Below, piece by piece: positions 24,182 through 36,266 of a stretch of DNA of 64,000 bases. This stretch comes from an uncultured Pseudomonadota bacterium (GTDB lineage: Bacteria > Pseudomonadota > Gammaproteobacteria > Ga0077536). How positions within the stretch are numbered: position 1 is the stretch's first letter; each line of letters begins with the position of its first letter. Location: NCBI GenBank assembly GCA_902551695.1, contig CACDEI010000001.1, positions 17,564-81,563 on the forward strand, read 5' to 3'. The notes beneath the pieces are model-generated. The model was not told the DNA's origin and searched no databases. It was given only the letters and a program-made list of their open reading frames with translations. The position numbers and the translations under genes are program-made.

Positions 24182-25525
24182 ATGGTAGCGACTACTGGAA
24201 ATGTGTCCAAGGGATTGCCGGATCTGAGTAAGCTGACGGAGCTCAGACAAAGAATTTTTTTTCTACTGGGAGCCCTTCTTGTTTTTCGTATCTGCACGCA
24301 TATACCTGTGCCCGGAATCAACCCTATCGCACTGGACGCACTATTTCAGCAGCAGCAAGGCTCCATATTAGATATGTTCAATATGTTTTCGGGCGGTGCT
24401 TTAGAAAGGTTCTCGGTGGTTGCGTTGGGAATCATGCCTTATATTTCAGCTTCCATTATCATGCAATTATTGACAGTCGTTCATCCTAAATTAGAACAGT
24501 TAAAGAAGGAGGGTGAATCAGGTAGGCGTAAAATTAACCAGTACACCAGGTATTTTACGGTTGTACTCTGTCTTTTTCAGGCGGTTGGAGTCTCTATTAT
24601 GTTAGAACAACAGACTGCAGCAGGTATGAAGCTAGTCATAGAGCCCGGCACAGCTTTCAGAGTAACCTGTGTATCGACCCTTGTGGCTGGAACACTTTTT
24701 TTGATGTGGTTAGGAGAGCAAGTAACAGAGCGAGGAATAGGTAATGGAATATCTATGATAATTTTTGCAGGGATAGTTTCGGGCCTACCGGCCGCGATTG
24801 CTGGCACCATTGAGCTATCCAGGACTGGTGAATTGTCGGTCATTTTATTATTTATTTTGTTAGCTTTAGCCTTTCTGGTGACGGGTTTTGTAGTATTTGT
24901 GGAACGAGGACAACGGCGAATTACAGTAAACTATGCTAGACAACAACGAGCGGGCCAGAGTTATGCTGGCCAATCTAGTAACTTGCCGCTTAAGCTAAAT
25001 ATGGCTGGAGTTATTCCGCCAATCTTCGCCTCAAGTATCATTCTTTTTCCAGCAACAATAGCTGGTTGGTTTGGTAACGCACAGGGAATGGGTTGGCTTC
25101 AATCGTTGAGTGCCACATTATCTCCTGGTCAGCCTTTGTACGTTTTATTCTACGCTATGGCAATTATCTTTTTCTGTTTCTTTTATACCGCTCTAGTATT
25201 TAACCCCAAAGAAATGGCGGATAATTTAAAAAAATCAGGTGCTTTTGTACCTGGAATTAGGCCAGGCGAGCAAACCACTAGATACATTGACGGAGTTATG
25301 ACGCGTCTTACTGTTGCCGGCGCTGTGTATATAACTCTAGTTTGTCTGCTACCCGAATTCCTAATTTTACAGTTGAATGTTCCGTTCTATTTTGGTGGAA
25401 CTTCTTTACTGATTATAGTGGTCGTGGTGATGGACTTCATGTCGCAGGTTCAAGCACACTTAATGTCTCATCAATATGAAGGGTTAATGAAAAAAGCAAA
25501 TTTGAAAGGATATGGGCGGCGTTGA
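24182..25525 (+). CDS. secY: Preprotein translocase subunit SecY
   Basis: About 447 aa polytopic membrane protein collinear with E. coli SecY; ATG at 24182 immediately after the rplO stop is preferred to the track start at 24161. Confidence 0.93.
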   Translation: MVATTGNVSKGLPDLSKLTELRQRIFFLLGALLVFRICTHIPVPGINPIALDALFQQQQGSILDMFNMFSGGALERFSVVALGIMPYISASIIMQLLTVVHPKLEQLKKEGESGRRKINQYTRYFTVVLCLFQAVGVSIMLEQQTAAGMKLVIEPGTAFRVTCVSTLVAGTLFLMWLGEQVTERGIGNGISMIIFAGIVSGLPAAIAGTIELSRTGELSVILLFILLALAFLVTGFVVFVERGQRRITVNYARQQRAGQSYAGQSSNLPLKLNMAGVIPPIFASSIILFPATIAGWFGNAQGMGWLQSLSATLSPGQPLYVLFYAMAIIFFCFFYTALVFNPKEMADNLKKSGAFVPGIRPGEQTTRYIDGVMTRLTVAGAVYITLVCLLPEFLILQLNVPFYFGGTSLLIIVVVVMDFMSQVQAHLMSHQYEGLMKKANLKGYGRR

Positions 25526-25550
25526 AAGCTTTGCTGCAGAGGAGAATATA

Positions 25551-25664
25551 TTGAAAGTTCAAGCATCGGTTAAGAAAATTTGTAGAGATTGCAGGGTGAT
25601 TAAGCGAAAAGGGGTTGTCCGTGTGATTTGTAAAGATCCCCGTCACAAGCAACGTCAAGGGTAA
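25551..25664 (+). CDS. rpmJ: 50S ribosomal protein L36
   Basis: Not in the ORF track (37 aa); TTG start after a GGAGAA Shine-Dalgarno; translation [37 protein letters not shown] matches L36 including the zinc-ribbon cysteines. Confidence 0.9.
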   Translation: MKVQASVKKICRDCRVIKRKGVVRVICKDPRHKQRQG

Positions 25665-25679
25665 CAAGAGAGGTATAAG

Positions 25680-26036
25680 ATGGCTCGAGTAGCAGGTGTA
25701 AATATACCAGACCGAAAGCACACGGTCGTGGCACTACAGGCAATATATGGAGTGGGAATAACACGCGCCGAAAAGATCTGTGACGAATCTGGTGTGGCCA
25801 GAAATGCCTTAGTAAAAGATCTAACGGAGGCCCAGCTCGAAAAACTTCGAAGCGAGGTTACTAAATATTCTATTGAGGGTGACTTGAGGCGTGAAGTCAG
25901 TATGAGCATTAAAAGACTCACTGACCTAGGGGCATATCGAGGGATACGGCATAGGAGAGGGTTAACCGTCAGAGGCCAGAGGACTAGGACAAATGCCAGA
26001 ACTAGAAAGGGGCCCAAGCGTCCGATAAAAAGATAG
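25680..26036 (+). CDS. rpsM: 30S ribosomal protein S13
   Basis: 118 aa; [11 protein letters not shown]. Confidence 0.97.
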   Translation: MARVAGVNIPDRKHTVVALQAIYGVGITRAEKICDESGVARNALVKDLTEAQLEKLRSEVTKYSIEGDLRREVSMSIKRLTDLGAYRGIRHRRGLTVRGQRTRTNARTRKGPKRPIKR

Positions 26037-26048
26037 GAATTTTGTGAA

Positions 26049-26441
26049 ATGAATAAGCCAGATACTAAAAAGGTTAAAAGGAAAGCAAGAAGAACGCTGC
26101 TGGATGGAATAGCTCATATCCATGCTTCCTTTAACAATACAATCATCACTATAACAGATAGGCAGGGTAACGCCTTAGCTTGGGCCACTGCCGGCGGAAG
26201 CGGTTTCAAGGGTTCTCGAAAGAGTACACCTTTCGCTGCACAAGTGGCTGCGGAAAGATTGGCGAATGTTAAGGATGATTTCGGGATAGAGAATCTCGAT
26301 GTTGTGATAAAGGGTCCCGGTCCAGGGAGAGAGTCAGCCGTGCGGTCTCTCAATGCTGCAGGATTCAACATAACTAATATAACGGATGTTACACCGATAC
26401 CTCATAATGGCTGTAGGCCGCCGAAAAGGAGAAGGGTTTAA
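26049..26441 (+). CDS. rpsK: 30S ribosomal protein S11
   Basis: 130 aa. Confidence 0.96.
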   Translation: MNKPDTKKVKRKARRTLLDGIAHIHASFNNTIITITDRQGNALAWATAGGSGFKGSRKSTPFAAQVAAERLANVKDDFGIENLDVVIKGPGPGRESAVRSLNAAGFNITNITDVTPIPHNGCRPPKRRRV

Positions 26442-27065
26442 ATGGCTAGATATTTAGGGCCTAAATGTAAATTGTCTCGAAGGCAGGGGATTGATCTGGG
26501 ACTGAAAAGTCGGTCCCGTGCTATAGAGACAAAATGTCAACTGGAGAAACCTCCTGGTCAACATGGAGAGAATCGAGGTCGTAGGATGTCGGATTACGCG
26601 CTTCAATTAAGAGAAAAGCAAAAATTGCGATACATCTACGGTGTTTTGGAGCGACAATTTCGAAATTATTATAAAGAGGCTGCCCGACTTAAAGGGGCGA
26701 CGGGTGAAAACCTGCTTCAGTTGTTGGAGAGAAGATTAGATAATGTGGTTTATCGTATGGGATTTGGGTGTACAAGAGCTGAGGCCCGCCAACTTGTAAG
26801 CCACAAGGCGATTTTGTTGAATGGCAAATGTATGAATATACCATCTCATCTTGTGAGTAAAGACGATATTATCAGCGTTAGAGATAAGTCCAAAAAGCAG
26901 GTGAGAGTTCAAGATTCGTTGGCAATTGCAGAGCAGCTTGGTTTTCCCGAGTGGGTAGAAGTCGATGTGAAGAAGATGGAAGGGAAATTGCAATCAATAC
27001 CTGAGAGAAACGACTTGTCAGCTGACATCAATGAATCTCTCGTTGTAGAACTTTATTCAAAATAA
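26442..27065 (+). CDS. rpsD: 30S ribosomal protein S4
   Basis: 207 aa; [14 protein letters not shown]. Confidence 0.97.
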   Translation: MARYLGPKCKLSRRQGIDLGLKSRSRAIETKCQLEKPPGQHGENRGRRMSDYALQLREKQKLRYIYGVLERQFRNYYKEAARLKGATGENLLQLLERRLDNVVYRMGFGCTRAEARQLVSHKAILLNGKCMNIPSHLVSKDDIISVRDKSKKQVRVQDSLAIAEQLGFPEWVEVDVKKMEGKLQSIPERNDLSADINESLVVELYSK

Positions 27066-27095
27066 ATAACACATAAAAAATTGGGAGACTCAACT

Positions 27096-28106
27096 ATGGC
27101 ATTAGCCCTAGGCGATTTTTTGAAGCCACATATTGCAGAAGTAATACCTGATCCGTCTAATGAAAAAGCGGCAAAGATCACTATAGAGCCTTTAGATAGA
27201 GGCTTTGGACACACCCTGGGTAACGCGCTGAGAAGGGTTTTGTTGTCCTCGATGTCTGGAAGTGCTGTCACAGAGGTTGAAATAGATGGCGTAGTTCACG
27301 AGTATTCGACCATCGACGGAGTGCAGGAAGATGTGACAGATATTTTACTTAATTTTAAGAGTTTGGCTATCGCCATGCACTCTAAAAAGGAAGCTACACT
27401 CACCCTTAATAAGAGAGGTCCAGGTGAAGTAACAGCAAATGATATTGTTGGAGATCATGATATAGAAATTGCCGACAAAGCACATCACATAGCATATTTA
27501 GAGGATAACGGAGAACTTAACATAACGTTACACATTCGACGCGGAAGAGGCTACGAAGCGGCTACTATGAAGGAGGGCGCGGATCAAACAATAGGGCGAT
27601 TGAAATTGGATGCTTCCTTTAGTCCGATATGGCGTTGTACTTATGAGGTGCAGGCTGCGCGGGTAGAACAGCAAACTGATTTCGATAAGTTGATTATAGA
27701 GTTAGAGACTGATGGAACGATAGATCCTGAACAGGCAGTAAAAGAAGCGGCCAGCATTTTAAGGAATCAATTGGAAGTTTTTGCCGACATCAGCGTGGAG
27801 GCGGAGGCGGAAGAGGCTGAAGATGAGGAGATTACAATAGACCCAAGTTTGCTCAGGTCTATTGATGATTTGGAGCTCACCGTTAGATCTGCTAACTGTT
27901 TGAAGGCGGAAAGTATTTATTATATCGGTGACCTGGTTCAAAGAACTGAGGTCCAATTACTAAAAACACCAAACTTAGGGAAAAAATCTTTGACAGAAAT
28001 TAAAGATGTTTTGGCCGAACGCGGTTTGACTCTGGGAATGGTTCTTGAACACTGGCCACCAGCAAACCTGGGCCGTGTCGGTGTTACTGCAGTAGGCACA
28101 GACTAG
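27096..28106 (+). CDS. rpoA: DNA-directed RNA polymerase subunit alpha
   Basis: ATG at 27096 ([11 protein letters not shown]...) with a GGGAG Shine-Dalgarno; C-terminal domain motif [13 protein letters not shown]...GDLVQRTE conserved. Confidence 0.96.
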   Translation: MALALGDFLKPHIAEVIPDPSNEKAAKITIEPLDRGFGHTLGNALRRVLLSSMSGSAVTEVEIDGVVHEYSTIDGVQEDVTDILLNFKSLAIAMHSKKEATLTLNKRGPGEVTANDIVGDHDIEIADKAHHIAYLEDNGELNITLHIRRGRGYEAATMKEGADQTIGRLKLDASFSPIWRCTYEVQAARVEQQTDFDKLIIELETDGTIDPEQAVKEAASILRNQLEVFADISVEAEAEEAEDEEITIDPSLLRSIDDLELTVRSANCLKAESIYYIGDLVQRTEVQLLKTPNLGKKSLTEIKDVLAERGLTLGMVLEHWPPANLGRVGVTAVGTD

Positions 28107-28126
28107 AGTATAAAGGCGATAAAGCT

Positions 28127-28528
28127 ATGAGACACCTGAAGAGCGGCAAGCATTTCAATATGGATAATTCCCATAGGAAACTTATGTTTAGAAATTTAGC
28201 GACTTCTTTGTTTAAGAGTGAAATTATAAAGACTACTCTACCGCGGGCGAAAGAGCTACGCCGAAAAGTCGAACCGTTGATTACTATAGCCAAGATAGAC
28301 TCTGTAAGTAAGAGACGGCTAGCCTTTGATCGCCTTAGAAACCGTGAGGTAGTCACGAAGCTATTTGAGGATATAGGGCCTCGTTTTAAAGAGCGAAACG
28401 GCGGTTACCTGAGAATCATGAAGTGTGGTTCTAGGATGGGAGACAGAGCTCCTATGGCCTATATAGAGCTAGTTGGTCGGGAACCAAAGTTGGACGAAGA
28501 GTTTGAGGCATTAGAGGACGAAAACTAA
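28127..28528 (+). CDS. rplQ: 50S ribosomal protein L17
   Basis: 133 aa; [11 protein letters not shown]...[14 protein letters not shown]. Confidence 0.96.
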   Translation: MRHLKSGKHFNMDNSHRKLMFRNLATSLFKSEIIKTTLPRAKELRRKVEPLITIAKIDSVSKRRLAFDRLRNREVVTKLFEDIGPRFKERNGGYLRIMKCGSRMGDRAPMAYIELVGREPKLDEEFEALEDEN

Positions 28529-29970
28529 TTTTGCGCCCTTAATTTTTTTAGAAGTTCGTCGTTTATTAATCTAGGATCACCACGTCCTTTAGATTTTTTC
28601 ATAACCTGACCTATAAGAAAGCCTAGTATTTTCTCTTTACCTGATCGAAATTCCTCTACCTGCTTGTGGTTTTCTGTCAGCACTTCTTCAAGCCAATTCT
28701 CTAAATCGCTAATAGAGAGAGAGCTTTCGGACATTTGTTTTTCAATAAGTATTTTTGCAGATGTTCCTGTTTCCCACATATTATTAAGAATTTCTTTCCC
28801 CTTACTTTTAGGTAGAGATCCCTCCTCCATTGCTAGAACTAGCAATCCTAGTTCGGTCGCGCTCACTTTGCTATCCGAAATGTCTACTTCTGACTTTTTC
28901 AATAATCTAAACAACTCTCCAGTGATCCAATTAAAACTAGCTTTGGGGTCTTTTAAACCCACACTCAAGGAGTCTTCAAAATACTTTGATGTAGAGGGGC
29001 TATTTAGCAGGAGATTCGTATCCTTAGCTGACATATTTAAAACTTTTGAATAACGGGAGCGTTTCTTGTCAGGTAGTTCGGGTAATGAGGCTCGTATAGA
29101 CTCAATAACTGTTTCATCAATTACAACAGGTAGTAGATCGGGATCCGGAAAATAACGATAATCAAATTCATTTTCTTTTACTCTCATGGAACGGGTTTCC
29201 TGCGTTTTCTCATCATATAATCGGGTTTCTTGTATTACATTTTCCCCGGATTCAAGAAGCTCAATTTGCCTGGCACGTTCGAATTCTATGGCGGATTCTA
29301 TAAATTTAAAGGAGTTTAGGTTTTTTATTTCGGCTCGCGTCCCTAATTTTGTAGTGCCACTCTTTCTAACAGATACATTGGCGTCGCATCTGAAAGATCC
29401 CTCTTGCATATTTCCATCACATATTTCTAGATGTGTCACCAATTCTCTTAGGCGTTTGAGAAACCGAATAGCGTCTTTGGAACTCTTAATAGACGGAGCG
29501 GTCACTATTTCAAGTAGAGGCGTCCCTGCTCGGTTAAGGTCAATTCCAGTATAATTTTGGTGAGTAAAATGTATCGATTTTCCAGCGTCCTCCTCTAAAT
29601 GGGCTCGCTCAATTATTATGGCCGAATCTTCTTCTGTTGGGTGTATCCTTAGCTTTCCGTTAGCTACTATCGGAGCCTCATACTGGCTAATTTGATAGCC
29701 TTTCGGAAGATCTGGATAAAAGTAATTTTTGCGGGCAAAAATGGATTCATTAGCTATATTAGCATTTACTGCAATCCCAAAAGTAATGGCCTTTTTAATG
29801 GCCTCCTCATTGATTACGGGTAAAGTACCAGGAAATCCTAGGTCAACGATATTCGCCTGGCAATTAGGGTCAGCCCCAAAAGAGTTTGAAGTAGCTGAGA
29901 AAATCTTGCTTGCAGTAGTCAGTTGAACGTGAATTTCCAGTCCGATAACAAGATCCCAGTTTTCCTTCAT
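28525..29970 (-). CDS. gatB: Asp-tRNA(Asn)/Glu-tRNA(Gln) amidotransferase subunit B
   Basis: 481 aa; [17 protein letters not shown]...; its stop codon overlaps the rplQ stop (convergent). Confidence 0.95.
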   Translation of the reverse strand: MKENWDLVIGLEIHVQLTTASKIFSATSNSFGADPNCQANIVDLGFPGTLPVINEEAIKKAITFGIAVNANIANESIFARKNYFYPDLPKGYQISQYEAPIVANGKLRIHPTEEDSAIIIERAHLEEDAGKSIHFTHQNYTGIDLNRAGTPLLEIVTAPSIKSSKDAIRFLKRLRELVTHLEICDGNMQEGSFRCDANVSVRKSGTTKLGTRAEIKNLNSFKFIESAIEFERARQIELLESGENVIQETRLYDEKTQETRSMRVKENEFDYRYFPDPDLLPVVIDETVIESIRASLPELPDKKRSRYSKVLNMSAKDTNLLLNSPSTSKYFEDSLSVGLKDPKASFNWITGELFRLLKKSEVDISDSKVSATELGLLVLAMEEGSLPKSKGKEILNNMWETGTSAKILIEKQMSESSLSISDLENWLEEVLTENHKQVEEFRSGKEKILGFLIGQVMKKSKGRGDPRLINDELLKKLRAQN

Positions 29971-31442
29971 AATTTTTTCTCTGAGTTTGATTTGGGCGTT
30001 AATTTGTGCCAGTCAGTTGTCTGCTGTATCTTATTCGCTACCCCCAACATTCGTGCTTCTTGAAAATAGTCCCCAATTATTTGGAGGCCAACCGGCAAAC
30101 CTTTGTCTAGACCCGCAGGTATTGATATAGCGGGAAGCCCGGCTAGGCTAGCTGGTATCGTAAAGATATCTTGAAGATACATTAGGGTCGGATCATCAGT
30201 TTTTTCGTTTAAAGGAAAGGCTGTAGTAGGGGTGGTCGGACTTAATATGAAGTCTACACTTTTATATGCCTCCGAAAAATCATTTTTTATCAATCGGCGC
30301 ACTTTCTGTGCCTTGGTGTAGTATTCATCATAATAGCCAGAGGAGAGCGCGTAGGTTCCAATTAAGACTCTCCTTTTTACCTCTGCGCCAAAACCTTCGC
30401 TCCTAGTTTTTTCATATAGTTCCTCTATATTTGATGTGTTGGGGGCTCGGTGGCCAAATCGGATTCCATCATATCTAGCCAAATTAGATGAGCACTCCGC
30501 TGGAGCAATTACATAGTATGCAGGTATAGACAGGGACGAGTGGGGCAAGTTTATGTCTACTATTTTCCCTCCCAGTTTTTCTACCAAGGAGATTGCATTT
30601 GCAAAGATTTGTTGTAGACCGGAATTCAATTCAGTTTTAAAAAACTCTTTTGGAAGGCCGAATTTAATTCCTTGTAGTGGAAAATTGAGATTTCTGGAGT
30701 AATCTTCGGTTGGCTTTTCTATGCAAGTTGAATCTTTTGGATCGAAGCCTGCAATTATGTTAAGAAAAAAAGCTAAATCTGCGGCAGAGTGACCGATAAT
30801 GCCAGCCTGATCTAAACTAGAGGCAAATGCAACCATGCCGTAACGCGATATACGACCATAGGTTGGCTTTAATCCTGATACTCCGCAAAATGCGGAGGGT
30901 TGTCGGATCGAACCTCCTGTGTCGGTTCCAGTTGCCAAAGGAGTAAGATTGGCAATCACAGCTGCCGCTGAGCCACCAGAAGAGCCACCTGGGACTTTCC
31001 TTAAATCCCAAGGATTCTTCACAGCTCCGAAGTAACTGGTTTCGTTGGATGAACCCATAGCAAACTCATCCATGTTGGTCTTCCCGAGCATCACTAGTGA
31101 ATTTTCCTTTGCCCTAGAGATGATTTCAGCGTCATAGGGTGGGAAAAAATTTGAGAGCATACGAGAGCCACAAGTTGTAAGAATATCTTTGGTGCAAAAT
31201 AAATCTTTGTTTGCATATGGTATTCCAGCTAAAGTTCCTGCGGCTCCTTTTGCAATTCTTTTATCTGCTTCTAAAGCTGATTCGATAGCAGTTTCTTCGC
31301 AAATTGTGATGAATGAGTTTATTTCTCTGTCATAAGCTTTTATTCGCCTTAGATACTCTTTCGTTATCTCTACACTCGAAAATTTCCTCTTCTTCAGGCC
31401 ATCTGAGATTTTTAATATCTCTTTCGGAAAGGAATCATCCAT
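29967..31442 (-). CDS. gatA: Glutamyl-tRNA(Gln) amidotransferase subunit A
   Basis: 491 aa; amidase signature GGSSGGSAAAV. Confidence 0.95.
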   Translation of the reverse strand: MDDSFPKEILKISDGLKKRKFSSVEITKEYLRRIKAYDREINSFITICEETAIESALEADKRIAKGAAGTLAGIPYANKDLFCTKDILTTCGSRMLSNFFPPYDAEIISRAKENSLVMLGKTNMDEFAMGSSNETSYFGAVKNPWDLRKVPGGSSGGSAAAVIANLTPLATGTDTGGSIRQPSAFCGVSGLKPTYGRISRYGMVAFASSLDQAGIIGHSAADLAFFLNIIAGFDPKDSTCIEKPTEDYSRNLNFPLQGIKFGLPKEFFKTELNSGLQQIFANAISLVEKLGGKIVDINLPHSSLSIPAYYVIAPAECSSNLARYDGIRFGHRAPNTSNIEELYEKTRSEGFGAEVKRRVLIGTYALSSGYYDEYYTKAQKVRRLIKNDFSEAYKSVDFILSPTTPTTAFPLNEKTDDPTLMYLQDIFTIPASLAGLPAISIPAGLDKGLPVGLQIIGDYFQEARMLGVANKIQQTTDWHKLTPKSNSEKKL

Positions 31443-31730
31443 CTAATCAATCACCTTGGGAACCATATATAAATCGTTTTCCACTTCAGGTCCGCATTTC
31501 TGTTTTTCCTCTAATGGGATATCCTCTAGGACTATATCCTTGCGTAATCGAGCCTTAAGGTCTAAAGGATGAGATATTGGACTGATGTTGTCAGTTTTCG
31601 CTTTGTTCAGCTCACTTACTAGTTTTAAAATTAGGTTGATTTGCTTTGTATAGGAATCTAGATCTTCTTTTGCTATAGCTATCCGCGAGAGCTTGCCGAG
31701 AGTCGTAATTTCTTCTTCTGTAACGGTCAT
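31443..31730 (-). CDS. gatC: Glutamyl-tRNA(Gln) amidotransferase subunit C
   Basis: 95 aa; immediately upstream of gatA on the minus strand. Confidence 0.88.
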   Translation of the reverse strand: MTVTEEEITTLGKLSRIAIAKEDLDSYTKQINLILKLVSELNKAKTDNISPISHPLDLKARLRKDIVLEDIPLEEKQKCGPEVENDLYMVPKVID

Positions 31731-31797
31731 TTCACGTTTCTCCTAATGCGATTAAATATCCCTTTCGGGTCGATTTATTGTTGATGAGTGCTGTATG

Positions 31798-31820
31798 CAG
31801 TGGTAACCTTGTTATCACTG
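31798..31820. repeat. Imperfect inverted repeat CAGTGGTAA-N5-TTATCACTG in the gatC/mreB divergent intergenic region, nested in an outer GCTGT...ACAGC pair
   Basis: Read directly; 9-bp arms with one mismatch; lies between the divergent gatCAB and mreBCD operons. Confidence 0.4.
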
Positions 31821-31951
31821 CGATACTCAACAGCTGCACAGTACAAAACTCACAACAATGAAAATACAGATTTTCTCGGTTTTGCCAATATAATTTAAAT
31901 GTGTCGAGGGTATAATTGTTAAATGATTGTGAAGATTCTAAAGCATAGTAG

Positions 31952-33013
<1,062 letters not shown>

Positions 33014-33075
33014 TAAGTTGCTGAGTTCTAGGGGGACTTAACATTAATTCTTTTAATAAGTCGCCGCCTCAGCCA

Positions 33076-33876
33076 ATGCGAAGGTTCTTGGTTTGCGCTA
33101 TTCTCTCATTTCTCACGATATCGGTCGATAAGCAAAGTAGTTACCTGAATCCAATTAGATCCGTGATCTCTGTTGTTGTTTCTCCTGTTCACTATTTTGT
33201 TGACTTTCAAGTAGCAACTATATCTTTTGCTGGTGATTACTTTGAACAGAAGAAAACTCTTATTGAGTCGGCTAAAAGCTTGAGAACCCAGAACCTAAAA
33301 TTAAGCGCGAAAGCACAAAGGTATAGCGCGCTTGAAAGAGAGAATGCCAGATTGAGAACGTTGCTTGGGTCTCCAGTAATAGTTGATGAAAAGATTATTC
33401 TAGCTAGAATACTAGCTATAGAGACAAATAGTGGTTTCAAACAGGTTGTGATTAACAAGGGTGCTAAGACGGGCGCCTATGTTGGACAGGCGCTTTTAGA
33501 CGTGTCTGGGGTTCTGGGCCAGATTAGGAGTACCAGTGCTTATGCCTCCAACGTTTTACTAATAACAGATCCGAGTCATGCTCTGCCCGTCGAGGTGAAC
33601 CGTACTGGCCTAAGAGCTGTAGCAGTCGGTAGCGAGACCTCTAATGTTCTGTCTTTAAGGTATGTCCCAGTTGATGCTGAGTTGAAAGTTGGAGATTTAA
33701 TTATTAGCTCTGGCCTAGGTAGAAAATTTCCTGGAGGTTACCCTGTAGGAAAGATAATCAGGTTCGCGAAGACTCCTGGAGAGCCTTTTGCTGAAGTCAC
33801 CGTAGAGCCTAGCGCTGATTTGAGTCGCTCCAGAGAGGTCTTATTAGTCAGTTCAGATGCTTCTGGAGAGAATTGA
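33076..33876 (+). CDS. mreC: Rod shape-determining protein MreC
   Basis: 266 aa; N-terminal TM region, coiled-coil (ENARLRTLLGSP), MreC beta-domain. Confidence 0.9.
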   Translation: MRRFLVCAILSFLTISVDKQSSYLNPIRSVISVVVSPVHYFVDFQVATISFAGDYFEQKKTLIESAKSLRTQNLKLSAKAQRYSALERENARLRTLLGSPVIVDEKIILARILAIETNSGFKQVVINKGAKTGAYVGQALLDVSGVLGQIRSTSAYASNVLLITDPSHALPVEVNRTGLRAVAVGSETSNVLSLRYVPVDAELKVGDLIISSGLGRKFPGGYPVGKIIRFAKTPGEPFAEVTVEPSADLSRSREVLLVSSDASGEN

Positions 33877-34391
33877 TGGATTCTTTTTCATACGGCTTCG
33901 ACAAAAAAGGTAGCTCGAGAATCGGCGCTGGCTTTATTCTGTTTTGTCTTTTTGTCGCCTTTATGTTGGCAGCTATACCGCTGCCGAGCTGGATGGAGTC
34001 TTGGCGTCCTTGTTGGGTCGCATTGGTGGTTTTCTATTTTGTGGTGAATTATCCCCAAAAATATGGCGTCTTTTTAAGTTTTGTGACTGGAATATTCTTA
34101 GATGTGTTCAATGGCGGAACGTTGGGAGAGCAAGCTTTGGGTTTATCTATGATTGCGATGGTAGCAACTACCTACTCGAAGAGATTTAAAATCTATCCGA
34201 GATTGCAGCAAAGTTTTTTCGTGTTTTTACTATTTTTGGTCTACGTGATATTTTTAAGTAAGATTCAGAACTTTGATGTCTCCATTTTGGCCGGATTTTC
34301 TCCTATCGGCGAAGCACTATCCAGCGCGGTTCTATGGACATGGGTGGCTTTTTTCTTGGATGAAATGACACGACGGTTTAATCTTCGTTAA
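33873..34391 (+). CDS. mreD: Rod shape-determining protein MreD
   Basis: 172 aa polytopic membrane protein after mreC; overlapping start. Confidence 0.85.
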   Translation: MMDSFSYGFDKKGSSRIGAGFILFCLFVAFMLAAIPLPSWMESWRPCWVALVVFYFVVNYPQKYGVFLSFVTGIFLDVFNGGTLGEQALGLSMIAMVATTYSKRFKIYPRLQQSFFVFLLFLVYVIFLSKIQNFDVSILAGFSPIGEALSSAVLWTWVAFFLDEMTRRFNLR

Positions 34392-34403
34392 TGGGTCTAT
34401 AAA

Positions 34404-36266
34404 TTGAAGAATTTGCACGCTATTAGGGATTCTGAGAAAGAGAGAGATATCTTCTATGACCGGGTTATTTTTGCCGGTATCATAATGTTAATTCTGGTAG
34501 CAGTGATTGTTTCTAGACTTATTTATCTTCAAGTTTACAATCATCTACATTACACAACCCTATCGAAAGAAAATCATATTAAAATTAGACCTGTTGCTCC
34601 TCCTCGAGGTCTTGTGCTAAGCCAAGACGGAGTACTTTTGGCTGAAAATAGGCCGTCTTTTAGCTTGTATTTGGTGCCTGAGAAGGTGGGTGATCTCGAT
34701 AAGACAATTGAGGAATTAACAGCTCTACTTGGTATACCTGTCTCAACGCGCTCTGATATAGAAGGGCGACTAGAGGGTTCACCTAAATTTGCTCCGGTTG
34801 TGATAGATGCTGATTTGAGTGCAGAACAGCTCGCTATATTTTCAGTTAACCAACATAATTTTCCTGGGGTCGGGGTAGATGCTGGCTTATCAAGATATTA
34901 TCCATTAGGAGAGGATACAGCTCACGTATTGGGTTACGTCGCTCGAATAAGCAAGAAAGACAAGGAGATTTTCGAAGATAAAAACTACGGTGCCACTAAT
35001 CACATTGGAAAAACCGGAGTTGAAAAGGCAAGGGAAAATATTCTGCATGGACAGGTAGGAGAACGAACAGTGGAGGTTAATGCAGAAGGGCGAGTTCTGA
35101 GAGTGCTAGAACGTGTACCTCCAGTTCCGGGGAAGAACATTGTTCTTACAATAGACTCTAGGTTGCAGAGTGTCGCAGCTCAATCTTTGCGTGATCTCGG
35201 TGGATTAAAGGGTGCGATTGTGGCCTTAGAGCCCTCGAGTGGTGCAGTACTAGCATCAGTTAGCTATCCTTCATTTAATCCAAACGAGTTCGTAAATGGT
35301 ATCAGCCGGGAGTTGTATAAGGAATGGAGTTCATCAAAGGCTCGGCCACTTTTCGACAGGGCTCTGCAAGGCCAGTACCCGCCTGGATCAACCATAAAAC
35401 CTATGGTTGGGTTGACCGCCATTTTAGATGGTAAAAATATTAATAGAAAGATCATCTGTCCAGGGTGGTTCTCATTCCCCGGTGATAGTCATCGATATCG
35501 CTGCTGGGAAAAGGATGGACATGGTGCGGTTGATTTAAAGGCCGCAATAGTGAGATCTTGTGACGTGTATTTTTATAAAATGTCAGATGAACTAGGTATC
35601 CAAAAGGTCGTCAATGTTCTAGATGGTTTCGGATTCGGAAGAAAAACTGGGATAGATCTCCCAGGAGAGCAAAAAGGATTGCTGCCTTCGCCAGAATGGA
35701 AAAGGCAAAATAAAAATCTTCCATGGTATCCAGGGGAGACTTTGATTACTGGGATAGGTCAAGGTTTCTTGCTTGCGACTCCTATTCAGTTAGCCCATTT
35801 CACCGCTACAATCGCAATGAAAGGCCAGGTACGAGCACCCTATTTAGTTCAACATATTGAGAATTCAGATGGCAGTCCTGAGGTGAGTCTACAGGGTCCT
35901 CCGATTCAAGCGATCTTCGCAGATAATGAGGAATATTGGCAGATAATCGCAGACAGTATGGTTGAGGTGGTGCATGGGTCCTCAGGCACTGCTCGGGGAA
36001 GCGGGTACGGTGCCCCGGTTCGGTTTGCTGGAAAAACAGGAACATCTCAGGTTTTTACTATTGCACAGGACGAGGAGTTTGACGAAGAAAAAGTACCCGC
36101 GCATCTGAAAGATCATGCTTTATTCATAGCATTCGCCCCTACAGAGAATCCTCAAATTGCATTAGCGGTGGTCGTAGAAAACGGTTCTTCTGGCAGCTCA
36201 ACCGCTGCTCCAATTGCGCGTAGGATGATAGATGCTTTCTTTCAAGAAGGTGGCGGTGATGGTTAG
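34404..36266 (+). CDS. mrdA: Penicillin-binding protein 2 (peptidoglycan D,D-transpeptidase)
   Basis: 620 aa; TTG start; aligns from the N-terminus with E. coli PBP2; STIKP (SxxK) and KTGT motifs. Confidence 0.95.
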   Translation: MKNLHAIRDSEKERDIFYDRVIFAGIIMLILVAVIVSRLIYLQVYNHLHYTTLSKENHIKIRPVAPPRGLVLSQDGVLLAENRPSFSLYLVPEKVGDLDKTIEELTALLGIPVSTRSDIEGRLEGSPKFAPVVIDADLSAEQLAIFSVNQHNFPGVGVDAGLSRYYPLGEDTAHVLGYVARISKKDKEIFEDKNYGATNHIGKTGVEKARENILHGQVGERTVEVNAEGRVLRVLERVPPVPGKNIVLTIDSRLQSVAAQSLRDLGGLKGAIVALEPSSGAVLASVSYPSFNPNEFVNGISRELYKEWSSSKARPLFDRALQGQYPPGSTIKPMVGLTAILDGKNINRKIICPGWFSFPGDSHRYRCWEKDGHGAVDLKAAIVRSCDVYFYKMSDELGIQKVVNVLDGFGFGRKTGIDLPGEQKGLLPSPEWKRQNKNLPWYPGETLITGIGQGFLLATPIQLAHFTATIAMKGQVRAPYLVQHIENSDGSPEVSLQGPPIQAIFADNEEYWQIIADSMVEVVHGSSGTARGSGYGAPVRFAGKTGTSQVFTIAQDEEFDEEKVPAHLKDHALFIAFAPTENPQIALAVVVENGSSGSSTAAPIARRMIDAFFQEGGGDG

